Origin: an uncultured bacterium
GTDB lineage: Bacteria > UBP14 > UBA6098 > B30-G16
Direction: 5' to 3'
DNA length: 64,000 bases
NCBI GenBank assembly: GCA_965552135.1
Contig: CBEVQY010000002.1
Span: 32,001 to 96,000 of the forward strand
The first letter of the stretch is position 1, and every line of letters starts with the position of its first letter. A model generated the notes under the pieces. It was not told where the DNA came from. It made no database searches and was given only the letters and a program-made list of their open reading frames with translations. Shown piece after piece: positions 17,330 to 27,342 of this stretch. Both the position numbers and the translations under genes were made by a program.

Positions 17330-20300
17330 ATGAAGCGAGTCGCTTCGATAGCGGTCGTTGCGAGCCTGGCTGTTTTGGCTTTTGGTCAGGGGGCGCCTGT
17401 GCTCGACGAGCTTCCGGAGTATACCCCCGGCACCACCTGCCAGCTCCACTGGGAGCTTCCGCCCGACGCCGAGCCCACGGCGTATCACATCCAGGTGATG
17501 CCGGCGGAAACAGGGCTCCCCGACTTCCCCGACTCCATCGACTACAACTACTCCATCTTCCCCATCCCCCTGGGCGACGCGCCCGGGAACAGCTACGTTG
17601 TGGGTTTGTATCCCGGCGGTGCACCCGCCGACGACCCGCTCTCCGACGGAGTTCGATACTGCTACCGCATCCAGTATCGATACGGCGTTCCGCCCGACAC
17701 GGGCTTTTCGGAGTGGTCGAACGTGGTCTGCTCCACGCAGGACAACTCGGCGCCCGCGGTTGAGGTCACGCCGCTTCCCGTGTGGGTCAACACCGCCACG
17801 GTCGACATCTTCTTCCACGCCGAGGACGCCCTCGTGGGCGAAGTCGACTCGATGAAGCTCTACTACCGCACCGCGCCTGGGTCGCTCTGGGTCTTCTTCG
17901 CCGCCGAAGATGCCGCGGGCTCACCCGTGGACGACGAAATGACCTTCAACTCCGCCTCAACCGAAGGCGACGGATATTACGAGTTCTACATAGCAGCCCG
18001 CGACGTCCTGGGCAACGAAACTGATCCTAACAGCGGGCTAACACCGCATCCCATGCACACCTGGACCCGCTTCGACACTGAGGCGCCCGAGGCACACGTC
18101 CACGCGGATGAACTTGCGCCATTCTACACATCCAGAACTGTTGCGGTGCCCTTCTCCGCAACCGACACCTACAGCGGCGTCAAGGACGTAATAGTCTACT
18201 ACACCCGCAACGAGGGGGATCTCACGAGGCACGACTCCCTCTTCTTCGGCGGAGCCGAAAGCGTGGAGGAGGTCTACACCTTCTCCGTCGACCACGACGG
18301 AAGGTATGGGCTTTACTTTGAGGCTGTTGACTCCGCAGGCAACAGGGAGGGTTTGGAGGGCGAGGAGGCTTGCTTTTACATCGACACGAGGGCGCCCGAG
18401 TTTACGGCTGCATCGGCTTTCGACACCACAAGCTCACCGCACCGCTACGACGTTCCGGCAGAGCACGGATACACAAACTCCACCGCCGTGTTCGTCTTCC
18501 CGTCGGGCGCTGTGGACCCAACGGTGGACGGATACGCATCGACGATAGAAAGCGTTTACGTCTCCGAAAGCGCCGACTTCGAGGAAAACCTGCAGATATT
18601 CGAATACTCGGAGAGTGACAGCTACATATACGTGCTTTCCGCCGGGGAGGGCGAAAAGAGGATATACGTCCGCCTCAAGGACGTTGCGGGGAACTTTTCG
18701 GACGCGGAATCCACAGCTTTGGTGCTCGACACCGACGCGCCGACGATGAGATCTGTGGAGATAATCGACCGCACCTACGGCGCCACCGACACCACAGACG
18801 AGCTTGATGTAAAGCTCTTCCTCGACCCCGACCCGACGAGCTCATCCTACTGTATGGTTTTCGCCACGCAGGACGAGTCGGTCCTTGAACACATCCCCGA
18901 CGACGCATGGGCGGACTACCCCGCCAACGACACGCTGCTTTTCAGCTTCAGCGGCTTTTCGGACGGCGACTGGATGCACGTGTGGGTCGTTCTGCGCGAC
19001 TCGGCGGGGAACGTCTCCAACGCCGCGCACGACTCGATACTCTACCACCCCGTCTCCAACTACATGGTTGAGATCACGGGCGTGCGTGACATAGACGGTC
19101 CCGACACGAGCGGCACGTACACCGACACCACGCGCGTGGAGGTGACGATCACCTACGGCAGCGACGTGGACACGATAGAGCTTCGCGACGATCTGGGCGG
19201 CGTCGCCAGATACGGCGCGCCATCCACCGCGGCAACGGAGACAACGGTTACCTACATATTCGACCTCTCCGCCGGCGACGGGCTTAGGACAATCATCGCA
19301 AAAGGCAAACGCAACGACTACGCATTCTGGACCGCCCCGGACACAGCCCGGATCATCCTCGACACACACGACCCCTACCTCACGTCGATCACCGTCGAGG
19401 ATATCTCCACAAGCTTCGACGACGCCGACACAGCGGAGGTGGCTGATCCGGGGTTCACGAACGACCCGCTTGTGAAGGTTCTGTTCAACGACCCGTACGA
19501 TCCCGAAACGCCCCTGGGCAGCGGGATCTACTTCCTGCACGTCGAGTGCGACACCGAGGTTTTGGAGGCGCCTTTTGCTTCGCCTGTGGAGTTTGAGCTG
19601 CCCGGCGAGGACGGCACGTGGCGCGTGTACGCCGCAGTTCAGGACTCGGCGGGGAACTGGTCGGACCAAACGTTCTACGACATAGTGCTCGATACACACA
19701 GACCCACGATAAACTCCGTCGTCCTGAGGGACACCTCCTCGGGCGACGAGGACTACACCGACGAGCCCGTCGTAAGCGTTTTCACCGACGCGGACGACGG
19801 CGCACGTGGAGATCCGGCATACATCGCCTTCTTCGAGGACCCGGATATGTGGCCGAACAACCTCCAGGACATCTGGCAGCCCTACGGCGAAGTTCTGACC
19901 TATGAATTCGCCGACGACGAGCCGGGGATGAAGATACTCTACGTTGCGGTCAAGGACAACGCGGGCAACGTAAGCGTTGCGGCGTGTGACACGATCCTGT
20001 TCAACCCCGAGATACGGGTTTCGATAAGCCTCTTCGACTACGACCGCGGCGAAGCCTTCACGGAATACACCAACGAGCGCCGCGTTGGCGTGAAGTTCAA
20101 CCCGGTGGAGACGACGCCGGCGATGTACTACCTCTCCGAAGACACCATCCCGCCCTCGCCGGACGACTTCGTGAACGTGTATCCCTCCGACGACATAGCC
20201 GAATACAACCTTTCGCCTGGCGAGGGCGAGAAGGTTGTTTACGCTTGGCTTTTGTCGGTTGCGGGCACCGTCTCTCCACGAGCCGTCGACACCATAATCC

Positions 20301-21898
20301 TCGACATGACCGAGCCCGACCTGCCACAAGGGTTCCAGCTTTGGGACACAACGAGCCAGGATATCTGGTACACCACGTTTAAGGCGCATATGGGCTGGTC
20401 GAACGAGCTTTACGTCTACGGCTCGGTGCCGGAGGCGAGCGATAACCTATCCGGAGTCGACTCGCTGCACTTCTTGGGTCCGTTTGCCGACTCACTTTGG
20501 GTGAGCCAGCCGTTTGCCGTCGTCGAGGGCGGCATACAGGTTCACTGGCCGAACGACAGCGTCGAGCTCATCCTCGACGGCACCGAAGGAAGCTTCGACA
20601 TAACCGGCGGCGCTATGGACGGCGCGGGCAACTGGAACAACATCACAGTCCACGGCGGATACGACGTAACCCCTCCCCAGATGACGATTTTGGCGTTCGA
20701 GCACACCGACACCGGCTCCTATCCCGCCACGATCCCTATGGAGATAATCGAGGATCACCTCTGGAAGGTCTGTTACCGCGTGGTCGACATCGACACCATC
20801 GTCTGCGCGGTCTACAGGGCTGAGTGGGGGTCGGGTCCGACGTATGAGGTCGACTTCGCGCCCGCGGAGTTCCTCGATCCGCACAGCACATACCTCGTTG
20901 AGGTCGCAGCCGTCGACTCGGCAGGAAACTTCGACCTCGACTCGATGTTCATAGGAAGCAAGCTTTCGTTTAAGGTCGTCGACAAGCACGATACCACCGA
21001 CAGCGACTACACAGGTTGCGACACCGTCATAACAGTGATAGACGCGCTCCATCCGCCCGATTCGATGAGGTTTGCGGAAAACCCCGCCGCGCTTGAGTCT
21101 CAGCCGTGGCTGCCGTTCGAAAGAACGCACGAGTTCGTCTTCTCGAACCGAACAAACGAGACGAAATACGTTTACGCACAGGTTATGTTCGGCACATACG
21201 TCTCCCCCGTAAACGTCGACACGATAATCCTCGACACGATACCTCCCACGGTTGAGAGCATAAGCGCCTACGACCGCGACACAGACGACCCCTACTGGTC
21301 GGACGAGCAGACGGTGAAGATAGTGATAAACGGCGCCGCCGACACGCCGCCCGGGGTGGTTTACGCGCTGCGCGTGTCGGAGTCGCCGCAGTTCGACTAC
21401 AACACAAAAATCCTGACCTTCGAGCCCGACAACCCCGTGGTCTACTACACCGTCGCCGATGAACCATACGTTCCCGACGAAGACACCGGCGACGACCTCC
21501 TCTCCGTCCTCCACGCCGGAGCCCGAAGACTGTACGCCCAAGTCCTCGACAGAGCCGAAAACCCATCCCAAACCAAACACTACGACATAGTCGTCGACTG
21601 GGAGAAGGCGGAGGTCATAAACTTCCCCAACCCGTTCAATCCGAACGAGGGTCCAACGCACATAAGGGTCAAAGCCAGCACGCCCGGTGCGGCAGTCGAG
21701 GTCAAGATATACGATATGTTCGGCAACCTCGTTTGGAACACGAGCTTCACCCTCAAATCGGGCTCGCGCGAAGGGGATATCCTCTGGGACGGTAGGAACA
21801 ACGACGGCGAGATCGTGGCAAACGGCGGATATGTGTGCGTAGTAAACGTCGGCGACAAAACGGTGAAGCGCAAAATAGCGGTTTGGAAGGGAGAATAA
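17330..21898 (+). CDS. Giant acidic Ig-like/FN3 repeat surface protein (1522 aa) with FlgD/T9SS-type C-terminal domain
   Basis: Signal peptide; repeated LDT..P and GEGEK..YV...D.AGN.S modules; C-terminal NFPNPFNP...IYDMFGNLV...WDGRNNDGEIVANGGY; AAGGAG RBS. Confidence 0.85.
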   Translation: MKRVASIAVVASLAVLAFGQGAPVLDELPEYTPGTTCQLHWELPPDAEPTAYHIQVMPAETGLPDFPDSIDYNYSIFPIPLGDAPGNSYVVGLYPGGAPADDPLSDGVRYCYRIQYRYGVPPDTGFSEWSNVVCSTQDNSAPAVEVTPLPVWVNTATVDIFFHAEDALVGEVDSMKLYYRTAPGSLWVFFAAEDAAGSPVDDEMTFNSASTEGDGYYEFYIAARDVLGNETDPNSGLTPHPMHTWTRFDTEAPEAHVHADELAPFYTSRTVAVPFSATDTYSGVKDVIVYYTRNEGDLTRHDSLFFGGAESVEEVYTFSVDHDGRYGLYFEAVDSAGNREGLEGEEACFYIDTRAPEFTAASAFDTTSSPHRYDVPAEHGYTNSTAVFVFPSGAVDPTVDGYASTIESVYVSESADFEENLQIFEYSESDSYIYVLSAGEGEKRIYVRLKDVAGNFSDAESTALVLDTDAPTMRSVEIIDRTYGATDTTDELDVKLFLDPDPTSSSYCMVFATQDESVLEHIPDDAWADYPANDTLLFSFSGFSDGDWMHVWVVLRDSAGNVSNAAHDSILYHPVSNYMVEITGVRDIDGPDTSGTYTDTTRVEVTITYGSDVDTIELRDDLGGVARYGAPSTAATETTVTYIFDLSAGDGLRTIIAKGKRNDYAFWTAPDTARIILDTHDPYLTSITVEDISTSFDDADTAEVADPGFTNDPLVKVLFNDPYDPETPLGSGIYFLHVECDTEVLEAPFASPVEFELPGEDGTWRVYAAVQDSAGNWSDQTFYDIVLDTHRPTINSVVLRDTSSGDEDYTDEPVVSVFTDADDGARGDPAYIAFFEDPDMWPNNLQDIWQPYGEVLTYEFADDEPGMKILYVAVKDNAGNVSVAACDTILFNPEIRVSISLFDYDRGEAFTEYTNERRVGVKFNPVETTPAMYYLSEDTIPPSPDDFVNVYPSDDIAEYNLSPGEGEKVVYAWLLSVAGTVSPRAVDTIILDMTEPDLPQGFQLWDTTSQDIWYTTFKAHMGWSNELYVYGSVPEASDNLSGVDSLHFLGPFADSLWVSQPFAVVEGGIQVHWPNDSVELILDGTEGSFDITGGAMDGAGNWNNITVHGGYDVTPPQMTILAFEHTDTGSYPATIPMEIIEDHLWKVCYRVVDIDTIVCAVYRAEWGSGPTYEVDFAPAEFLDPHSTYLVEVAAVDSAGNFDLDSMFIGSKLSFKVVDKHDTTDSDYTGCDTVITVIDALHPPDSMRFAENPAALESQPWLPFERTHEFVFSNRTNETKYVYAQVMFGTYVSPVNVDTIILDTIPPTVESISAYDRDTDDPYWSDEQTVKIVINGAADTPPGVVYALRVSESPQFDYNTKILTFEPDNPVVYYTVADEPYVPDEDTGDDLLSVLHAGARRLYAQVLDRAENPSQTKHYDIVVDWEKAEVINFPNPFNPNEGPTHIRVKASTPGAAVEVKIYDMFGNLVWNTSFTLKSGSREGDILWDGRNNDGEIVANGGYVCVVNVGDKTVKRKIAVWKGE

Positions 21899-21928
21899 GC
21901 TGAACTTAGAATAACGGAGGCGTTCGGT

Positions 21929-23725
21929 ATGCGCACACAAAAGCTTTTCTGGAGCCTTTTGGGCGCTTTGGCTTTGGTTGGCTACGCCTTTGGCGGAAGC
22001 TTTGGGCAGGCTGGGGCTTTTATGCGGTTCGGGTCGGATGCGCGATCGCTTGCGCTGGGAGGCGCATACTCCGTCGTTGCGAAAAACGCAAACGGGCTTT
22101 TGTACAACCCCGCCTCGCTGGCTGCACTCGAGAGATGGGAGCTTGCGATCACTCACGCGCAGCTTTTTGGCGACTCGAGGTACGACTTCATCTCATTCGG
22201 CTATCCGCTTGAGAAGCTTGGCAACATAGGCGTTGCGATAGCCGACTTCGGCGCCACGGAGTTCGATGGGCGCGACGAGTTCGGTCGATCCACAGGAAGC
22301 TTTGGTGTGCACGAGCTTTCCGCCATCGTCGGCTACGGCAGATGGATCTGGGGCAGGCGTCTTCGCGTGGGAGCGAGCGCAAAGTTTGTGCTAAACTCCG
22401 TCGGCGACGGCTCCGCCGCCGGATTCGGCGGAGTGGACCTGGGCGTCATAACCAAGGATCTTTCGCGCAGCATAAGGCTTGGCGTCGCCGTCCAGAACCT
22501 GGGCGCGCTCGATGTGGCGGGCGACAAGTACCCGATGACGATCCGCGCAAGCCTCGGATACCGCGCCCTAAGGCAACTTTATCTCCTCGCCGACGTCGAC
22601 CTCGTTGGCGGAGCGATAAAGCCGCACGTCGGCGCGGAGTTCAAACTAAGACACGTGCTGCTCAGAGCAGGCTACAACGCATCGGAGATAACTTTGGGTC
22701 TGGGGCTTGTGCTCGACGGAATCTTCCACGAGCTGCAAAGCTACGGTCGACCGGTTGTCGACTACTGCGCCGCCATCGGAAACCCGCTCGGAAACGACTT
22801 CGCAAGGTTCTCCATAACACTCCGCGGAAGGGAACGTTATAAGCTCTCAGACCTCCTCGTCCAAACCAACCCCTGCGAGAGGCTGACGGAGTTCGAGGGT
22901 CTTCTGGACAAGGACGGTCTTGTTGGCGCAAAAGCCAACCTCATGTTTGCCGACTGCTACTTCAACTACGAAAGCAAGGAGGCTCCGCTTGCGGCTGCGC
23001 CCAAGTTCGACAGAATATACTCCTATCTGCGCGAAGCATACATCGGCAAGTTCGGCTCGAACTGGACGCAGGCGATAATGACGCTTGAGGGTGCCAATCT
23101 CGTCTTCTCGCAGAGAACGCACTATATGTTCGCCGAGTGCGCCATGCACAAAGGGATAACGGAGGAGACGAAGAAACTCATCCAGGACCTCATCTTCGTC
23201 GGCGGCGACAGCACCCAATACGACGTGCGCCTGCAGTACGACCTCGGCTACACCTACGAGATGCTCGGCTACACAGACAGCGCCAAATCGATATACGGTG
23301 CGATAGCAAGCCGCGAGGGGCTTGAGGACCCCGTAAAGCCGCTTTCGCTTTATCGTCTGGCGCTGCTTCTGCAAAACGATGACCCCGACAGCGCGATAAA
23401 GCTTCTGGACGCACTCGTCAGGGACTTCCCATGGGGCTTCTACGACGAGACCGGCGAGCGCGTGTCGTACCCAATGTTCCCAAAGTACAAGGACAACAGC
23501 ATAACCGACGACGCACTGCTCCTTATGGGCGACATATACGCCGCCAAGGGGGGCGAGGACAATCTGCGCGCCGCTCTGCAGGCTTATCTGGATATACTCC
23601 TCTTCTACCCCACAGCCACCGACGACGTCCTCAAGGCTGCCTGCGAGCGCGCAGCAAACGTCTACAGCTCCCTGGGGATGAGCGAAGAAGCCGAACTTAT
23701 GCGCCAGAGGGCTGAAAGCCTATGA
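21929..23725 (+). CDS. PorV/PorQ-like (UPF0164) outer-membrane barrel fused to a C-terminal TPR-like helical region
   Basis: Signal peptide; AFMRFGSDARSLALGGAY...LLYNPASLA N-terminal motif; amphipathic beta strands (VDLG, LGVAVQNLG, LRAGY); C-terminal TPR-like helices (YDLGYTYE, DDALLLMGDIY). Confidence 0.75.
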   Translation: MRTQKLFWSLLGALALVGYAFGGSFGQAGAFMRFGSDARSLALGGAYSVVAKNANGLLYNPASLAALERWELAITHAQLFGDSRYDFISFGYPLEKLGNIGVAIADFGATEFDGRDEFGRSTGSFGVHELSAIVGYGRWIWGRRLRVGASAKFVLNSVGDGSAAGFGGVDLGVITKDLSRSIRLGVAVQNLGALDVAGDKYPMTIRASLGYRALRQLYLLADVDLVGGAIKPHVGAEFKLRHVLLRAGYNASEITLGLGLVLDGIFHELQSYGRPVVDYCAAIGNPLGNDFARFSITLRGRERYKLSDLLVQTNPCERLTEFEGLLDKDGLVGAKANLMFADCYFNYESKEAPLAAAPKFDRIYSYLREAYIGKFGSNWTQAIMTLEGANLVFSQRTHYMFAECAMHKGITEETKKLIQDLIFVGGDSTQYDVRLQYDLGYTYEMLGYTDSAKSIYGAIASREGLEDPVKPLSLYRLALLLQNDDPDSAIKLLDALVRDFPWGFYDETGERVSYPMFPKYKDNSITDDALLLMGDIYAAKGGEDNLRAALQAYLDILLFYPTATDDVLKAACERAANVYSSLGMSEEAELMRQRAESL

Positions 23726-24282
23726 TGAGCGCTTTTTGGAAATCGTTGTCCGTCGCTTTGGCTGCGGCTTCGGTCTTAGCGGCTGCACCCGAGGACTCCG
23801 TATGGGTCCACATCGAGGCGGTCGACGCAACGATCGACAAAGCGGGCAAGGTCGTGGTAAAAGCGCTTTGGTCCGCATACAAAAGCAGCTACAGCGAATC
23901 CACAAAAAGCTGGGGCGACTGGTTCCCCATCTTGGACGAAAACCTAAAATTCCTTGCGCAATGCGCCACAGACAGCCTATTTACAAACATAGTAGCCGCA
24001 GGGACGACAGATGCACAAAGCTTCGTCTTCGCAGGGCTTGAGAAGGGAAAGAGGTACTTCGTAAGGTCAAGGCTTGTGGGCTTCGACGGCTTATGCAGAA
24101 GCGATGTGGCATCGGTGGAGGTATCAGGGAAAAGCATTTTCAAAGCCTTCTGGGCACAAAACGACAGGTTTTGGGCTTTGGTGTGCGGCATAGGAGCAAC
24201 AGCGCTTGGGATGAGCACAATAGGCGTCGTCATTGTTCGAGAAAAACGCAAGCAAAAAGCAAAAGGAGGAGGAGATGATTAA
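23722..24282 (+). CDS. Exported FN3-like domain protein with C-terminal membrane anchor; paralog of the N-terminal domain of the downstream ExbB
   Basis: Signal peptide; DSVWVHI...ATDSLFTNI...FVFAGLEKGKRYFVR; C-terminal TM helix followed by a basic tail. Confidence 0.75.
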   Translation: MMSAFWKSLSVALAAASVLAAAPEDSVWVHIEAVDATIDKAGKVVVKALWSAYKSSYSESTKSWGDWFPILDENLKFLAQCATDSLFTNIVAAGTTDAQSFVFAGLEKGKRYFVRSRLVGFDGLCRSDVASVEVSGKSIFKAFWAQNDRFWALVCGIGATALGMSTIGVVIVREKRKQKAKGGGDD

Positions 24283-25615
24283 AAGGAGCCTGTACTTGCT
24301 GGGTGTGGTGGCTGGGCTGCTTTTCGCGCCACGGGTCGTGGTTGCGCAGGAGGTCCAAGACTCCATATGGGTCCACATCACCAGCGCAGATGAAGGCAAA
24401 GACGAGAAGGGCAAGCTACAGGTAGTGATAACGTGGGAGGTTTACAAAAAAGTCTACAACAAACGGCGCATGACCTACGGCAGCTGGGAGAAGATCCCAA
24501 ACCCCAAGGAGCTTGGCTTCACCTTCAGACCCGAGGTCGCCACCGACTCGATGTTCCAGAACATAGCCAAGCAAACCGAAACCCAAGAGCTCTCGTACAC
24601 GTTCACCGGACTGGACTGGGGTCAGCACTACTGGTGGCGCGTGGAGCTTGTGAACCCAGTTGCGCCCCACAAGTGGGACTTCGCCGAAGGCATTCTGCAC
24701 AAACACCAAGCCGTTATCAAAAAGCGCAAAGGCATCATAGGCTATTACATAGATATGGTCTCCAAGGGCGGAACGCCGTTTATGATTGCCCAGCACGCGC
24801 TTCTTCTCTTCGGAATAGTCACCTGGATCCTTATCTGGCGGCGGATGTGGCTTGCGAACATCTTCCCGCCCAACAAGCCGGGGCTGCTCTATAGGCTCCT
24901 TCCCGTCGACCGCGTCGGAAAGACCGAAATGTACAGCGAAAAAGGCAACATCTTCCTGCGCGAGGTGGCGAAATACTGGTCGAAGGCTATGGAGGCGATG
25001 TCGGTAGGACCGGAGCACTTCTCCTCCCCCGACGAGTACGTTAAGGCTTCGCGGCAGCAGCAGGAGGAGCTTGAGAAGAAGATCTGGCTTGAGGTTGGTC
25101 TTCCCAACGTAGAGCGCGCGATAGAGATTTGCAAAAACGGCGTTCCCGGCATAAAGCTTCCGAAGAAGCCTTTGGAATACCCGACGGTTCGCGTACTTTT
25201 GGCGGCGCTTGAGAACCACCGCGCCAACAAGAACAACTTCTGGGCATCGCAGGAGATGGACCGCGCCGCGGAAAACACCGTCCTCAAAGAGATAGACGAG
25301 CTTAAGGGCTGGGAGCTAACCGCCCTCTGGGCAGTGGGTTCCATCGAGCCTATGCTGGGGCTGTTCGGAACGGTGGTCGGCATAAGAACGGCGTTTATGA
25401 AGATCGAAGAGACCATCAAGCTCAACCCCGCCGCTCAGCTCACACAGGTTGTGCCGCAGCTTGCCGGAGGAATCCACGTGGCGCTTATCACGACCATACT
25501 CGGTCTTACCTTCGGAATCCCGATGATGCTCGTCCACTACTACTACCGCGGCAAAGTGGACTGGGTGTTCGGAAAGTGGGAGGAGATCATGACCGATATC
25601 CTCAACCAGGCATAA
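24275..25615 (+). CDS. MotA/TolQ/ExbB proton channel protein with extra N-terminal exported FN3-like domain
   Basis: KGG..M TM1, PMLGLFGTVVGI, LAGGIHVALITTILGL. Signal peptide and ATG 24275 follow GGAGGAG. Confidence 0.9.
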   Translation: MIKRSLYLLGVVAGLLFAPRVVVAQEVQDSIWVHITSADEGKDEKGKLQVVITWEVYKKVYNKRRMTYGSWEKIPNPKELGFTFRPEVATDSMFQNIAKQTETQELSYTFTGLDWGQHYWWRVELVNPVAPHKWDFAEGILHKHQAVIKKRKGIIGYYIDMVSKGGTPFMIAQHALLLFGIVTWILIWRRMWLANIFPPNKPGLLYRLLPVDRVGKTEMYSEKGNIFLREVAKYWSKAMEAMSVGPEHFSSPDEYVKASRQQQEELEKKIWLEVGLPNVERAIEICKNGVPGIKLPKKPLEYPTVRVLLAALENHRANKNNFWASQEMDRAAENTVLKEIDELKGWELTALWAVGSIEPMLGLFGTVVGIRTAFMKIEETIKLNPAAQLTQVVPQLAGGIHVALITTILGLTFGIPMMLVHYYYRGKVDWVFGKWEEIMTDILNQA

Positions 25616-25630
25616 CAGGGAGGGGCTGGG

Positions 25631-26170
25631 ATGAAACAGCACAAGGCAGAACTCCCAAAGGCGCAGTGGACCTCACTTATCGATATAATCTTCCAGCTTC
25701 TGATATTCTTCATGGTCACGATGGCGCTGGGTACCCTCCAGCAACAGGCAGCAGCTGCGGTTAAAGGCGAGGAGAAGAAGGAATTGCCCAAACTTCCGCC
25801 GGTGGAGAAGCTTGCGACGCCACAGGAACTTACGGAGGGCTTCCTTCTGCACGTGGACAAGATCCAAAAACCTCCCTTCAACGGCAAGCTTGGCGCCTAC
25901 ATCCTCGACCCGCAGTGCCCCACCGTCAAGGACGCAGAAGCCGATAGCCTCCACCGCCACGGACCGTTCACCCTCGCCAAAGCCAAAAGGGAGCTCCAGA
26001 GGCGGATAGAGGAGAAGATCTTTATGGGTGAGCCGCCACCAAGGCTCGAGATAAGAGCCCACAAAGACACGCCATTCAGCTTCATCCTCGACGTTATGGA
26101 GTTCTGCGACGCCGACTCCATCGAAGTTGTGGGATTTAGGTTCGCGAACATAAAGCGACCCCTTCGATAA
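25631..26170 (+). CDS. ExbD/TolR family protein
   Basis: TSLIDIIFQLLIFFMVT TM helix with the essential Asp; IRAHKDTPFSFILDVM. Confidence 0.9.
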   Translation: MKQHKAELPKAQWTSLIDIIFQLLIFFMVTMALGTLQQQAAAAVKGEEKKELPKLPPVEKLATPQELTEGFLLHVDKIQKPPFNGKLGAYILDPQCPTVKDAEADSLHRHGPFTLAKAKRELQRRIEEKIFMGEPPPRLEIRAHKDTPFSFILDVMEFCDADSIEVVGFRFANIKRPLR

Positions 26171-26184
26171 CGGAGGTTCAAGAT

Positions 26185-26754
26185 ATGAGAGCAAGGTACG
26201 AACCATTGCCTGAAACCGAGCTCACGTCGATGGTGGACATAATCTTCCAGCTTATGATCTTCTTTCTGGTCACGCTTTCGGTGATGCCAGCGGTGAAATC
26301 GGCGCCCCAGGTGGAGGGCATAATGAACCTTCCCACCCCGAAGCGCGGCGACTCGGAGGCTTCGATGCTCATCCAACTCCACAAAACCCCGCAGGGCGGA
26401 ATAGACTACTACGTCCTCCAGGGAAACGACCAATCCGCCAAGTTCTACAACTGGTTCAAGGACAAGAGGCAGGTTGTGAACATCCCCTCCGCCTACATTG
26501 CGTTCCGCAACGCGGTTGCGCGCTACAACGTTCTCTACACCGAGCAGACGCTGCGGGGGCTTCTGCAGGAGGTTCGCGACAACGACCCAGCCGTCATCAT
26601 CCGCGCGCCGGGAAACCTGCCCTACGGAGAAGTGGTCAAAATAACGGGCATGATGCACTCGCTGGGCATAGCCAAGATAGCATGGGTTAAGGGCACCCTC
26701 GCCGATATGAAGGTCGAGATAAAGCGCGCCAGAGCCAGGAGGCGACAGATATGA
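26185..26754 (+). CDS. ExbD/TolR family protein (second)
   Basis: TSMVDIIFQLMIFFLVT; VIIRAPGNLPYGEVVKI...GIAKI. Confidence 0.9.
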   Translation: MRARYEPLPETELTSMVDIIFQLMIFFLVTLSVMPAVKSAPQVEGIMNLPTPKRGDSEASMLIQLHKTPQGGIDYYVLQGNDQSAKFYNWFKDKRQVVNIPSAYIAFRNAVARYNVLYTEQTLRGLLQEVRDNDPAVIIRAPGNLPYGEVVKITGMMHSLGIAKIAWVKGTLADMKVEIKRARARRRQI

Positions 26755-27296
26755 CGAAAAAACAAGCTTACATACTCCTCGCTTCGATTGCACTTGCCGC
26801 GCTTGTTGTGGGATGCGCACGCCAGGAGGAATCGTACATAAACCTGCCGGAGGGTCCCAAAATACTCTTCCGCGGCGGAATGGGAAAGATAACGATACGC
26901 TACACGCCACCGCCCGACCCCATATTCCGCATCTCCAACGCGACAGAGTATATAGAGTTCCAGTACATCAAGGACAATTTCGGCATCCCCGACAAGCCGA
27001 TCATCGTCGAATACACCGTGGAGACATCCGTTATTTCTCCCATCATAGTTCAGCGGACGAACAACCCGCAGTTCAACGACTACATAGTAAGGGCGCTTCA
27101 GGGCTGGATTTACACCCGCTACGGCAGGGGCGTTATGCGCATCTCTGTGGATGTAGCCAAGAAGCGCATAGTCGTCGATCCAAGCGGGATCAAGCTTGCG
27201 CAGCAGGAACCCGGTCGCCCCGCGCCACGGCTGGGAAACGTGAGAGAGCTTGTGCGACAAACAGGATTCACCGTTGTGGCAGGCTCGCTTTTCTGA
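26751..27296 (+). CDS. Lipoprotein with TonB C-terminal-like domain
   Basis: Lipobox LVVGC; IIVQRTNNPQFNDYIVRALQGWIY resembles the TonB_C consensus (I..SSG...D.AA..A...W.F); follows exbB-exbD-exbD. Confidence 0.55.
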   Translation: MTKKQAYILLASIALAALVVGCARQEESYINLPEGPKILFRGGMGKITIRYTPPPDPIFRISNATEYIEFQYIKDNFGIPDKPIIVEYTVETSVISPIIVQRTNNPQFNDYIVRALQGWIYTRYGRGVMRISVDVAKKRIVVDPSGIKLAQQEPGRPAPRLGNVRELVRQTGFTVVAGSLF

Positions 27297-27342
27297 GCAG
27301 GCAAGCAAAACCTTTTCGAATATAAAGACGGAGGATTGCCCA

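Noticed and set aside
14913..22156. Long minus-strand ORFs (14913-16337, 18842-20389, 20492-22156)
   Set aside because: They are Val/Arg-rich antisense mirrors of the acidic surface-protein genes, with no domain signal.
24275..27296. Ordinary TonB uptake system, Tol-Pal, or flagellar MotAB
   Set aside because: There is no TonB-dependent receptor, tolB or pal in the locus, and the partners are ExbD-type without the MotB peptidoglycan-binding domain. An ordinary role with receptors encoded elsewhere is not fully excluded.
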